From Marsupella aquatica (taxonomy: Eukaryota; Plantae; Marchantiophyta): a stretch of 64,000 nucleotides of DNA. Each line of letters begins with the position of its first letter. Position 1 is the stretch's first letter. Where the stretch lies: the NCBI GenBank assembly GCA_973895155.1, contig OZ316898.1, positions 10,320,286-10,384,285 on the forward strand, in the 5' to 3' direction. The translations under genes and the position numbers were made by a program. Under the pieces are notes generated by a model. It was not told the origin of the DNA. It made no database searches and saw only the letters and a list, made by a program, of their open reading frames with translations. This document shows positions 41,005-53,300 of this stretch, piece by piece.

Positions 41005-41956
41005 CTGAGTAAGCATAAAATGAGGATAGGAATACATTCGAACAAAATTTTCAATAACATTTACAGGCCGACCGTAAAGCTGGATACCATAATATATTCT
41101 TCTAAATATACAAGTCCGTGTTCTCAATATGATAAATTACAATGTACACTTCACGTGGATACAGTGATCGGCTACCACGTCCTAAGAAACATTCTAACTG
41201 AAGACGCCCCAGACAAATTAGTAAGGTATTAAAGATCAAAAAAGTCAAATTAGGCATTGTTGCTCCTCTGCGCACAACAGAGAATTTCGAAGACTGAACA
41301 AACATAAATCAAAACCCAACCATTCACGCAAATTGATTTTAGTCCACACTGATTGCAAAACTTCTCTGCAGAATTCCACAATTTTGTCGTCCAACCTGCA
41401 CCCCTACCCTTCATAACGTCTCCAGTCACTAGAGCATCCTTTATTACAGTAACTGAGGGAATGCATGTCAACCTAAGGTACACGATACCTATTCAAGAAT
41501 GCATAAAATTATCTTGCACGGGTAACAAAGAAGAAAGTTTTGCAAGACCCACTTAGGTATCATCAAACTTCAGATTTGGACAATAAAATCATGTGTTTTC
41601 TATAGCGCATTTCCATTGTGAAGGTTTAGGCAATTCCATCTGCGTATGAAGAGCGCAGCTACCAGGAAAAATAGCTTACATGTATGAATTGCCTAAACCT
41701 GTGCAATTACGTGAATACATGTTCACAGGTATGAAAACAATTGCAATTAAGTACAAGAATCTAAGCTAGAGAGCAAATAAGAGAATGAGAGAATAGGTCA
41801 ACTTATAGAAGTAAGGTCTTACACAAGCGAATTTACACCTACGTGTTGTGGCCAGTGAGTTTTGTGTAACAGGTCTATACACGCACGTAACAAAATTGTT
41901 ATAATTGTGTTTGGACAGGTTAATGGCCTAAGTGTACCCAGAAAGGACTGGCCTGC

Positions 41957-43256
41957 TCAAAGCTCTTCTTCACCGTCATTTTCCAGGGCACGCCTTTTCT
42001 CAGCCATTTGAAGGACTTTCCAACATGTCTCTGCCAAGCTGTCAAAGCAATCTGCATAACAAAGAAGAGAACTCAGATTGTTATTTGATTGTAGATCTGC
42101 AAAGTGCTCTGCAAAGTGCATAATGCCCGCGACCTCTCCGTCCTTCAACACGGAATTGATGTCACATTGAGGAGATTGCCGTAGGAAACATTGTAATAAC
42201 ACTGCTCCGCATATTCCTTCACGAATTTAATTTTAGGCTGGCATGGGATTTTTTCTTCATTGGTCGCATAAATGCCTTGAGCAAGCTCGACGTAAATGTT
42301 CTCGTCTGGAGGTAGTAGATAATCAGGTCCAATAGGCTTTGGATGACTATGAGAATGAGTTGTGCGGACAAGCGGATATCTCGTTCCCAAGCATCTCAAT
42401 CGCTGCTTTCCAGTTACAAAACTACCGACTAGAAATTTGTCTCTTGCAGCTATTTCTTCATATGGTAAAATCCTCTTTGCTCTTGCCTGCATTTCCATGA
42501 ACTCATTTTGAAATTCGATAGAAGGTAGTAGTTTGGCAAGGGCGATATCCATGCTACTGATCCGCTCTTGAACATACTCGACTCTTGTACCGGGCTCCCC
42601 TTGGAAAACTTTGCAGAAGTCTGTATCTGATGAACCAAATGCATCTGGGTTTTTCTCAACGATGGACTCCCAGCAATTCAATGAGACTGTCAGTCTCCTA
42701 ATTGAGCCTTTCTCAACCAGTATGCCCGATGTTATTGAACCAATGTTTTCTTCTACGTCATCGACTGCATGGATCACAGAGCCGGGGTAGAAGCAGCCTT
42801 GTTCGTCACATAATATGTATTGTCCACTACAGCCTCCAACCCTTTACTATTTGTAGCATTTGGCTTGATTGATCATTTTTGCACTGTATATGGCAAATTC
42901 CTGTTATGAAATGTCAAATTGATATTGACATTGGTGAAGCCTTCAGGAAAGTAGTGGAGATGCATGATGAAAAGTTCATCGTCCACCCGTGGCAACTCGA
43001 TAACAATAGAATCCCAAATAAATGAAATAGTGATTGCAGTCAAGAAGTGAGTTTGTGCAAGTTTAAGAAGAGCCTCCTGCTTGGGAATTTCCCTCTGCTT
43101 TAACCGGGCCGTCACGAGATTTTCATTAATTGCAAACCAAGAAGTTTCGAGATCGAATCCTCTGCTCTCGGGCCCTCCTTTCTGGTAATCTCGACTATCC
43201 CCTGGCATTCCAAACTGAAACACAGACCACTCCACACATGAGAAATCACAATCCAA
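41957..43256 (-). pseudogene. Intronless disrupted gene for a trypsin-fold protease-like protein (GxCG motif) resembling ascomycete hypothetical proteins
   Basis: Three ORF pieces join across a TGA (42873-42875), a frameshift near 42815 and a 5-bp duplication (42224-42233): ..FIWDSIVIELP..; DEQGCFYPGSVI..ITSGILVEKG..RRLTVSLNCWE..ERISSMDIALAKL..F.N..QGIYAT..PK/IREGICGAVLL..GEVAGIMHFA..LCYADCFD. Confidence 0.75.
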
Positions 43257-43519
43257 CGAAAGGTTGTGAGCAAAGATAAACGCCCAGCCCTCCTTTCTGG
43301 TAATATCAACTATTGCCCCTGCATTCCGAACTAAAAACTTAGACTACTCCACACATGAGAAATTGCAATCCGACGAAAGGTTGTGAGCAAAGATAAACGC
43401 CCAGCCCTCCTTTCTGGTAATCTTGACTATCCCCCCTGCATTCCGAACCTAAAACTCAGACCGTTCCACACATGAGAAATTGCAAACCAACGGAAGGTTG
43501 TGAGCAAAGATAACGCCCA
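43172..43519. repeat. ~115-117-bp tandem repeat x3 at the 5' end of the fungal-like pseudogene
   Basis: GCCCTCCTTTCTGGTAAT...CCACACATGAGAAAT...GGTTGTGAGCAAAGATAA(A)CGCCCA starts at 43172, 43287, 43404. Confidence 0.92.
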
Positions 43520-45016
43520 AATAAACGAAATACTTGGCCAAGCATGAAGGGTTTATCCTTTGAAGTGGGCGTAGCATGACGAGCATTTTAGATCCGGTCA
43601 GCTCCAACTAAGCTCGACTTTTGAGGGACGGGGTCTTGCCGTCTTGAGGTAATATAAGTCAGAAATTTGACATTTACTTTAATTTGGGCCTCTCCCACGG
43701 ATGGGCTCACTTGCAAATGAGAGAGACCTCACTAATTTTATACTGATCTCTGTCACAGGTACTTCCCGAGAAGAGCTCATACCCCTGCACCAGTTTTCTC
43801 ATAATCCAATGCAAAAGATTGTGAGTAGGATTTGATTTGTGAGTCTTGGAATTTAGGTTGTGCCCGGGGGTTGTGCTAGCTCTTGTTTAGATGGAGATGT
43901 CATACATTATTGTAACAATTGGAGTCCATCATGGTTGTAGAGGTCTATGGGACCTGTTAATTATCAAACATTTTGTTCCAATCTGAGCTCTCTTTGCTCT
44001 CCGTAAAGACTTTCATGACTTTTCTCTTTGTATATTTGAGTGCATTAATTCTCCATAATGCACCCCTTTTTTGAGAAGGGGATTATACAAAACACCATAA
44101 ATATAGTAAAAGTAAAAATTAAATATAGTTTTATCACACAAAAAAATAATTAAATTTAGTCAAGATCTCAAGATGATAACCAAATCTTATATGGTGACAC
44201 TAACAAGATATCTATGAATAGAATCTAATATACCTAAAGAACGTATATTTTTGGCCAATTTCATAGCAATCACTTCTTGGATGACCCTTTAATTTGAATT
44301 TACTATTTTAGAGATTCACTTTTTCTTGTTTTTTATTGAAAAGTCACTCAAGTTTTTACGTACATTAATGTCCTACTTATGGGCATTATGAAAATAATGC
44401 CCTCTAACCAGGACATTATCCTATTCAGTATACACCAAAAGGGAACCAGATAAAACAGCAATAGAGAAGGAAACGTCCTTTTAAGTATTGTTATTAGTCA
44501 CTGGCAACTTTGCTTATCTACTTCCCAAATATCAGGAGACCAGACTAGGTGCCTGCTAACTCTTAGCTATTGAATTAACATGGTAGATACTTCTGTGTTA
44601 CTTTTCAATGCTTGTGGAGTTCTTCTAACCAATTGAAAGAGACTACTTCCAGCACAGTCCAATTTCACTACCTAGTTCTTCAATCAGACCATGACATAGG
44701 TTAATCCATGCAACCAGCCAGCTATATTGGTATAGCTGTCCACTTGTACATGATCAAAACAATAAATTTTGAGGCTGCTACATATTCCAATTCAACCTAA
44801 CTTTGAGCACTTAGGCCAACTCATTTGAGAGAGATCTTCACTCATCATAAATTCATTTTGGGGGCTTTTGTGCACATTTCTTATTTTGAGCTAGTGAAGC
44901 ATGCAAATAACCCTTACTCCCACAGCACGCAGACTACCCTTGGGGTTGTCTTTGATAGCGCAAAGTTGACAAGGACAATAAATTATAAACTTTATGAAGA
45001 GACGGCCCCTGGCCCC

Positions 45017-45361
45017 TGTTAAGATTTACTCTTAGGTCTAGAGTAACGACTGTACCGTAGTTAGGGCTAACCTTAGTCGCAGACTAGGTTAGGTTAGTCA
45101 TGTTGTGCACACTCTATACCCAAACAGTGATTATTTGGAGAATAGGAACTCAGGCTCATTGTTACGGAGCCAGTTGAGAGATAGGGAAAGCTTGTGCTGT
45201 GCATGTTTTATATGGTTGGTCGGCCTAGAGTGCAATAAAGCTTTTGTGTGTTCCCGTGGACGTAATCTCATGTGGAGGTGAACCACATATCTCTTTGTGT
45301 CGAATCATGTGCGTTGGATGATTCATGGACTTATCGTTACAATTGTCATCTATGCTCAACA
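45017..45361 (+). mobile_element. Solo LTR (family A, copy 3)
   Basis: TGTTAAGA...GCTCAACA, reverse complement of copies 1 and 2; TATA-like TTATAT and AATAAA in this orientation; TSD not clearly preserved. Confidence 0.85.
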
Positions 45362-46305
45362 TACCCAAGATATCTTGGTGGATTGTGTGTTTTGTGCACT
45401 TTCTCAATGCAGAAGACAATTGCTATATAGATTAAAAATTTTAACATCTTTTGGAGACTAGGCCCATATACTTGGAGGTTTTTGTCACTTTTAGCACGTG
45501 CCTGTAAAGGTTGCAAACATCTCTCTTGGCTATTTCACAATTTTGTATATATAACAACAACAAAGTACCTGATTTGACTTGCATTACTGGCCCTGGCTTC
45601 ACTCCATGAAGGAGAGGTTGAGCATTAAATTTAGCTTTAGCTGTAAATTAGTTCCCTGGGATACAATCTTTACTTTTATTTGAATGATCCTCGGAATGAT
45701 CTACAATAGGACTAGAATGTTAAGTGTCTTCTCTATTAGTCACTTTTTGCAGATTCGGACGGCAGTACAGTATATATGCATCATGTATCATCAATTGGTC
45801 ATGAAATTTTATCTAGACCAAGGATCAATGTACGTATACACACCCTTACTCACTGACCAGCTACAATAGAGGATGCATGCTTTCTGCCCGGCTTTCTGCT
45901 AAATAGACTCACTTCATGGAGACAAGTCTATAAGCACTAAAAATTGAGCTTGACAAAATGTGAACGCGGTGTGAGAGTACATATCCAGTATCGAATTGGT
46001 CATAGGTGTCACTGAAACAAAACTTCCAACATCATGTGAAAACAAAATAAAGGGAGCTTTATTCATTTTGGGAAACTACTTAGAAGTAGCGAGGGAGAAA
46101 TTAAGCGAGGGGGCCGGTGACAAATCAGAAAGTGCCAATATGTCGTCACATGGTTGCTCATTGGTCATGTGTACACACACTAGTACTTCCTTTCAACTCC
46201 AAGTTGTGGCACATGTAGTTGAAAAACTTCATAAGGTGAAACACAACACAATCATGAAGGATGAGGCCTTCCTTGACTGGTTCCTAGGAGTTAAACTAAG
46301 CATAA

Positions 46306-49245
46306 TTATGAAGCCTTCTGGCAACGGGGCAGAGTCCATGGAGTCTGAGCTCCCGCGCAGGACGACACCAAATAATCCACCTTGGAGGCCGGCAAGATTG
46401 GGGGGTACTCGCCATTCGGGTAGGGAGGTCTGACATCGTGAGTGGCCGAGAGGAACTGGTGGAAAGTTGCGCCATTCATAAGAATGTCACCCGTAGACTC
46501 GATCCGGGCACTGAAATCAAAGGATCCAGAAGAAGCTCCGGGGTGCCAGGGAGTCACTTCGTTGACTCTCCTCGGATTGAAGACGTTGTTTTCAGTCTTC
46601 ACTCGAGCGTTCACACGAGCCCCAATGGCATAGTATCCCCAGTTGGTGTATAGATTGTTTGCAACATGACACCAACCCCACCTGAATGTCATACCAATCC
46701 AATCCGAGCGTCAGCCTCTTCGATTTAATTACGCTTTTGCGCACATGTTCTCATGTTACTTTAGTCTGATTAGAATGGCCCTAGATCTGAGATTGTTATA
46801 TTGATCAGATGATGTTGAATCACAAAGCTCAAATGGACCCCGAGACAGGTGCAACGAACATCTAACCCAATTGTCAGGCATGACAAAAGTGACAAATGCA
46901 GTCAATCCGGCTCTTTCCCAAGAGTCCTGTAGTCCTGACAATTTCTAGTCGTAACTAAATGGACGCATGTTACTAGCTAGCCAGCTGAATTTAGAAAGAA
47001 AGTTGGAAGAAAGGTAGGGAACTCTCAGAATTTTCTTGAAATGCAGGACGACATATTCAACAAAAGTCTATGTAGCGATCAGGACATGCAAGGTGCATAT
47101 TCCATCACTGACCAAATTATACTCATGTATGATCGACAATGGATGGAGTGCTTCTAAAAGCGACCGAGCGAGCAAGTACCTGCAGTGCGGCATTCGCTGC
47201 ATGGAGTCAATGAAGTGGTTTCTGTAAACTGTGACACGCATGTTCTTGTCTTGATTATCGTTATCCGAGGCCCCTAACAACATGTTGAAGTTGTAGTTCG
47301 ACAATTTGCTGTTAGAGATGGTGACATCCGTGGAGCCTTGCACCACACTCACCAAGCCCAGATCTCCTCCGAAGGAAGTGACATGATCAACCCAGACCTT
47401 CCAGCAGTCTGCAAATATGTGCACGGTATCGCCTCCCCTCACTGAATTCACTTGGATATTCTCCAGAATGACTTGCTTGACCCCACTCAAGACCACGCTA
47501 TGCTGGTGAATGGTGATGTTGAAGCCGCGACCGTCGATGGTAGTGTAGCTGTGGACCCACAACATGGCTTTCAATTCTATTTTCATATCTCTGGAGAATG
47601 CGATCCACACTCCCCCCTGAGTGTTTCTGGCAAGATTGAGACCGTAGCGCAGAGTCCCATACCACGGGTTATCAGGGTGGTCTTGATCACTGGTGACCGT
47701 GTACCACTGTCCATTGTAACCTCCAAGCACTCCCTTTGCGAACCCGATAGAACACGACACGAGGTTGCGGCCCAGGGCACATGAGGAGAACTGGCAAACT
47801 GTTCCATCAACCTTGTGTGAAGGGCATGAAGTTCCCTGAGGCTCTGCACAGAGCATGCATGCAAACAATTAAGAACTGTGGACGGTCTTGACTAATACCA
47901 AATTCCCCAAGATCTTTGTAGCTCAAGCATTTCTTAAGCAAAGAAGACATAAGATGATACAAATAAGTCTCAATGAGCTTGATCCACGATCGTGTTGTCC
48001 TAAGCTGATTCACACATCCGTAAATTACCTCAGCAACTATTGTGTTGTCAAGTTAGATCATATTACGCCAATGCCTGACCTCCTACGAGCTACAACACTA
48101 TTCACTTCTGGCACGAATCTCTACAAGCGTAACTGTGCTCAAGACGCCGAACATCTGGCACACAGTTGAAAGATCTATTAGACATCCATCTCCAGAGAAG
48201 CTACTTGGATCCTGCAAAGGTTCCGAATCGGAAGACTTAGAAGTGAGGATCACCAATTTCTGCTTTTTGTTGGGCTTCAAGGCTGAAATTGGACGATGCG
48301 GTCAAAGCTGTGCTGATGCGCTTAGACTCGTGCTTCTGGCCTGGCAGTGTCGTTGTGATGGGCAGTACGGTTTCAACCTCATCCAGAGCCCCGTCAGCTT
48401 GCAATATCATGGAGTAGAGAACTCTCTGATTTGACGACTGCACACTCAAGTAGACACCGACGTTATATGAGCCACGACGAACTTGCCTAGAGTTCCATAA
48501 GAACTGTTTTGCGACTCAGCGTAACCAATTCCTTTCAATTTTTTCTACCAGTGACACACTGGTAGACAGTCAACTAGGCATACACGCAATCGAATAATTA
48601 CGTAACAAACAATACATGAATGTGTTTGCCCCGGACTAAGAGGCTACCACAGACACCACTCCTCATCCTCACTGATGTTCTGAGCTGTAGAGCCACTGGC
48701 GCCGGCGCCTGCCTATGGACCAATAACATAGTTGACTTCAAGGCAACAGTCACTGAGACGTTGGAGACATCCAAATTTCCGAATAAGTGCATCATCAACA
48801 GAAAGATAGTGGTAGCTAGAGACATCCAACGTGACGGCTTAGGCCTCCTACTTACATCCTCGATTGCAGCAACATACTTGAGGCATTCTGCATTGCTTTC
48901 TCTCGCGGCCACAACCTTTTCTCTTGCTTGTTGTTCCTCGATGGACGACATTAGTTGCTGCGCTTCATTAACGTTTTTGACGGCGGTTGACAAAGAAGCT
49001 TGGCAGGCTGGATGATTGAAGGGCCCGAGCAGAGCTCTAGTCAGGGTTTCCTTTGCAACAAGCAGTCTCCCTTCCACTTTGGCCAAGGGCATAACAGACG
49101 TTTGCTCAGCGCTCCCCACCACCAACCCAGCAAATCCCAACATTACCACTGCCAGTAATGCTCTCCGACATTGACTGGTTGATAATCGTCTCATAGTGAT
49201 CAACAGCATACTCGAGAAAATGCCAGCCTTCGACATCATGACCAT
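46306..49245 (-). CDS. Pectate lyase (PL1) family protein with N-terminal signal/anchor and PMEI-like helical domain, ~537 aa
   Basis: Exons 49245-48856, 48437-48254, 47843-47180, 46681-46306 total 1614 nt in frame. PL1 motifs GF..G..GG, GTLRYG, TIDGRG, VWVDH, STDVTISN, MLLG, QRMPHCRWG..HVANN, YAIG; hydrophobic RRALLAVVMLGFAGLVVGSA. Confidence 0.9.
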
Positions 49246-49485
49246 TGGATTTTGTGGACGAGGACCAGCTTACTAGAATGTGGGCATGGACTTGCTGCTC
49301 GCGAACTCAGACTATGCATGGAGACCTTAGAGCAGCTGTTCAGCTCCACGGGACAGGCAGGCAGGAGTACTGAGCAGCTTGGGAGGGACGACGATGATCC
49401 CAAAATTATTCCCAGCTCAATTCGTTTTCCTTTTGATTCATTTATATATGCACGCGAGTCCCATCAAATTCAGGCCGAACCATGT

Positions 49486-49608
49486 AATCAGGGTGCAAGT
49501 TGGCCATAACAACCCCCCGCAGTTACAAGTGAGTCCCATCCAATTCAGGGCGGGGCGAACCATCTAATCAGGGTGCAAGTTGGCCGTAATAAACCCCCGC
49601 AGTTACAA
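49486..49608. repeat. Direct repeat (~43 bp, ~80-bp spacing) upstream of the pectate lyase gene
   Basis: TAATCAGGGTGCAAGTTGGCC.TAA..ACCCCC(C)GCAGTTACAA occurs twice. Confidence 0.8.
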
Positions 49609-50389
49609 CAGCATACATACGTAACTCCACTCCAACAGCTTTCATCTGTATCAGCTCATGTCAGATGCGTACTAAACAGCATAATTGTGTTCTTGATTGA
49701 GAGAACGCACCCGTGAGCATTGATTAGTCAACTAGACTAGGGTCGTAGATGATCCTTGAAATCTGCGCATAAGACCCTCGAGACCCTTATACAATGGCCG
49801 ACCACGAGGGCGTCATGGCACTTGCTGCATATGCAGGGTCACATGCGCACATATTCAGACGGGGGAGCTGGGGAGGTCCCTGGCGATGTCTCGAGTTATG
49901 AAATGTCCAAGACAAGGGTCTCCAAAGTCTCTCTGCCCGGTATCCAGGCGCAAGGTGGAAACTGAGGCAGAACTTGGCTTGAACAAGGGTTGTGCTAAGG
50001 CCATGTGCAGAATTGGTGGAGACAATCGTTTTGCTTGGAACTGCGACAAGTCCGCATCCGCAGCCCGAGTCTGAAGCGCCAAGGAAGAAGCTTGCGTAGC
50101 GAACACAGAGCCCACCTAAGGGAGTCGGAGAACCTTGGAGTACATTAACATGAGAATTTCCTTCAACACTCGCCATTTGAAGAACATTGAACTTGGATTC
50201 GCATTTTCTGACAGAGACTAGTCCGAGACACAGCCCTCATCACACCATACATTGTCAAGAATGAACTTACAAGACGCAGGACGACTCTTTATCAAAATCC
50301 ATCTTCCTCTAGTCCCAGCGCATGCTAAGGACAAAAGTGTTACACTGATTACAATGGTAATCAAAATAGCACATACTTGCAAGACGATG

Positions 50390-53300
50390 CTAGCTGCTGA
50401 TCAGTGTCTTTACCTTCTTCGTACAAAGTACACAGCACCGATGAAGGATTTGTTTGTACCCTATTCTCCACTCCAATGCGAGCCTCCATCTGTCTAAGAG
50501 GGAGTTATTCCTACTGGTTTCTTCCTGCGGTTCTCTAGTACTAGTTCTTACTACAGATGATCTCAATATATCTTCCAGTTCACGTAGGATTTTACCGTGT
50601 CTCAAATTGTCATCTCCAGATGTGTGCTGAGATGTGGACACACTCCCAGCAGTGTCGCACCCATCGCGAATTGACTTGCACAAAATCTCAAGCTGGTTTG
50701 AACCTCGAGCTGAGTCCACCATTTCCATCAGAACACGGTCATCTTCCAAAGATGTAGGCAGACAAGTCAGTAACGATTCACATTTTCTAAGCAGCCACTG
50801 ATACACAAGAACATCGGACTCTTTTGATATCTGTTGGCCATTGAGTGCCAAATATCCCTTGTCCTTTTGCATAGGAAGTTGGATTGCACGCAGGCGAAGC
50901 CCAGCCAATAAGGAAAACGACGGTGTTCCGTTGACCTCAATATAGGCCGCACCACCGCAGTTCATGCGGAGATGATCACTGCATAAACCAAATTCTGTGG
51001 AGTCTGGTAAGCCGAGGTGAACTACATCATTAGGATTGTGACGCATAGAAAATCCGTAGTGTTCAAGTAGTTCCAAATTGCTGTACTGGCCATAACAGAG
51101 GAGAACCTGACAGCAAAAAGCACCATGAGCATAAAAAAATGTCAAGTGCCAACCCTGACGACCGAACCAAAGAGTAAGGCAATAGGTTTTTGAACCAAAA
51201 GGATAAGTTGCGCAGTCACAAGAAAGCGACACTTTTGCATGCACAGCAATCTAGGTTCACAAGAAATTGAGCTGTTCCAATCTAGAACATCCAGCGTTTT
51301 AGGTAGAGAATAGACACCTGCTGTCCAGTTTCATAAGCCTGCCGAGCATAAAAACAGTACTCATCAAATTCAGGTTCATAACCGCCATCACGGAGCCTTT
51401 CTCCAATTGTCACTCCAATACAGCTGAATTCATCGTCAGTTTCCGACGTCCTGTTATCCTCAGCCGATTCCAAGTCCCCGGCTAATTGTATATCGAGGTG
51501 TTCAGAATCAAAATACAGCTCACCAGGGGGTGCGTAGTTATACAGGTCCCCAATAGGGCACAGAGTTCCAGCTTCATCCCATGGTACATGAAGGGTCCGA
51601 GAGGATACCTGTTAATTATTCAGACAATACTTGTAGCTTGAGAAAAAAAAACCATTGATCTGTAGTAATGAAATTGACATAAAACTCTTGTTCACACCTG
51701 CTCCCCTGCTTGCGAGACCAATTAAGCACGGTGGAGAACGTGGTGTGATACTTAGGATGTTAAAAATCTAGTCCAATCCATGACGGAAGTGCAGAACAAA
51801 AGAAACATCATATTGAACTGATTTCCAAATTTCACTTTCCACGGTCACATCCGATCAGTATATTATGCAGATAAGAGTTGAGAAAGAATACTCACTCACT
51901 GTGGCAGAAGCCCATAGCCAGGCATTTAATGACCTAAGGCGTCGACGCAACCCTATGTCTTGCATAAAGCTCTTGCTGCCCTCCCAATCCGTCACTGCCT
52001 TTCTAACAGCTTTCTGTGCGACCCATCTGGCATCCTCAACCTGAACCGAAAAGAGTTATCAAACCCTTACTACGGTCGCACACATCACATAGAAGTTTAA
52101 TCTGTATACTAGGAGCAGATCGTATTTCAACACACGGATTTGACCATAACGCCTTAAATTGCAGGAAACCCGCCCCACCCAGAGCCCCAACTTGAATGGA
52201 TGCCGTGTTTGCGACTTACTTGTAGAGCTTGAATTGCACACGGCGAAAAATGGGCCAGAGTATGATGAAGGCGAGGCAACTCGACCAGGTAAGCGTACCA
52301 AGAAGACAGCTTTCCCTTTGCCACTTCGTTGAGCAAATGCACACTTAAGATCTGCGAAGAAACCTTTCTTTCAATTAGCTGGAAATGCTGAATCTTCCAG
52401 CTTTTATATTACGTAATTCAGTCGTCATAACGAGAATGAAATCTTTTGTTTAGCCTGCAATTGCAATTGGAATCCAGAAATGCTACGTCTATGATACATG
52501 GACGATGGAAACGTACCGTCCACATAAGCAGCAAGACAACCAAGAATCTATGCGACAACCAATACAACGCAGTAGAGACTAACAAAGCAGAAGGTCTTCT
52601 TCATTTGCCAGACAGACTACCTTAATTATCAAGCCAGGAAAGAGATTTCAAGCCAAGCTAATGATGTGACTTCAATTAAGGCAAACAAAGCCACCATCTG
52701 TTTGTCGGAATCTTTATTTTCCCTCTGGACTTTAGGGCATGAACATAATTCCCTTCGTGAAATAATATTGCTTCAATTCAGCAACATCGGTAAGAGATTT
52801 TCTGGGCGGGCACTGTGTGTAGGCGATGGCAGTGACCGCTGATGCCCCCCGAGATGGTCATGTAGGCCGGTAGAAAATCCAACAGGGGGATGACCCGCGT
52901 AGACATTTTTGTGACTGATTGAACGCGCTGAGTAGAAGAGTCAGGAGTGCATAGCTATATGCAATGCCATTAGAGACCACGAACCACATGGAGACATCCG
53001 AGTAGCGCTCACGCCTAAACCCAGACCCTTGGACGTCCGGAAGGAGCGCTTGGACTGAAGGATGCTGATCATGAAGACGAATGCCGACAGAGTGCAAGCG
53101 AAAGTGGGAAGTCTGAACCCGAGGTCGAGCAACTTCACATTTTGGCCGGCCCCGCGTTGACTCCATTTGTGTTATACGGTTTGTTATTGTCCACAGGGAT
53201 AGAAGAATCACGAGTTACGGTAGCTCCCTCTCCTTGAAGTGCACACTCTTGTTCACCCCCAAACTCGCAGACAGATTAACCTGATCTCTAAAAAGTAATA

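Noticed and set aside
42145-42777. Treating the 210-aa ORF as an intact gene or an EDS1-type EP domain
   Set aside because: It has no ATG start, its last ~25 residues are out of frame because of the 5-bp duplication, and the repaired motifs fit a trypsin-fold protein better
48646-48712. Apparent extra exon in the pectate lyase gene (AG at 48713)
   Set aside because: No in-phase donor; inclusion gives a stop or frameshift, whereas skipping yields a continuous 1614-nt frame
49787-50176. 129-aa ATG ORF downstream of SDG40
   Set aside because: No recognisable motif; lies in the probable SDG40 3' UTR or intergenic region
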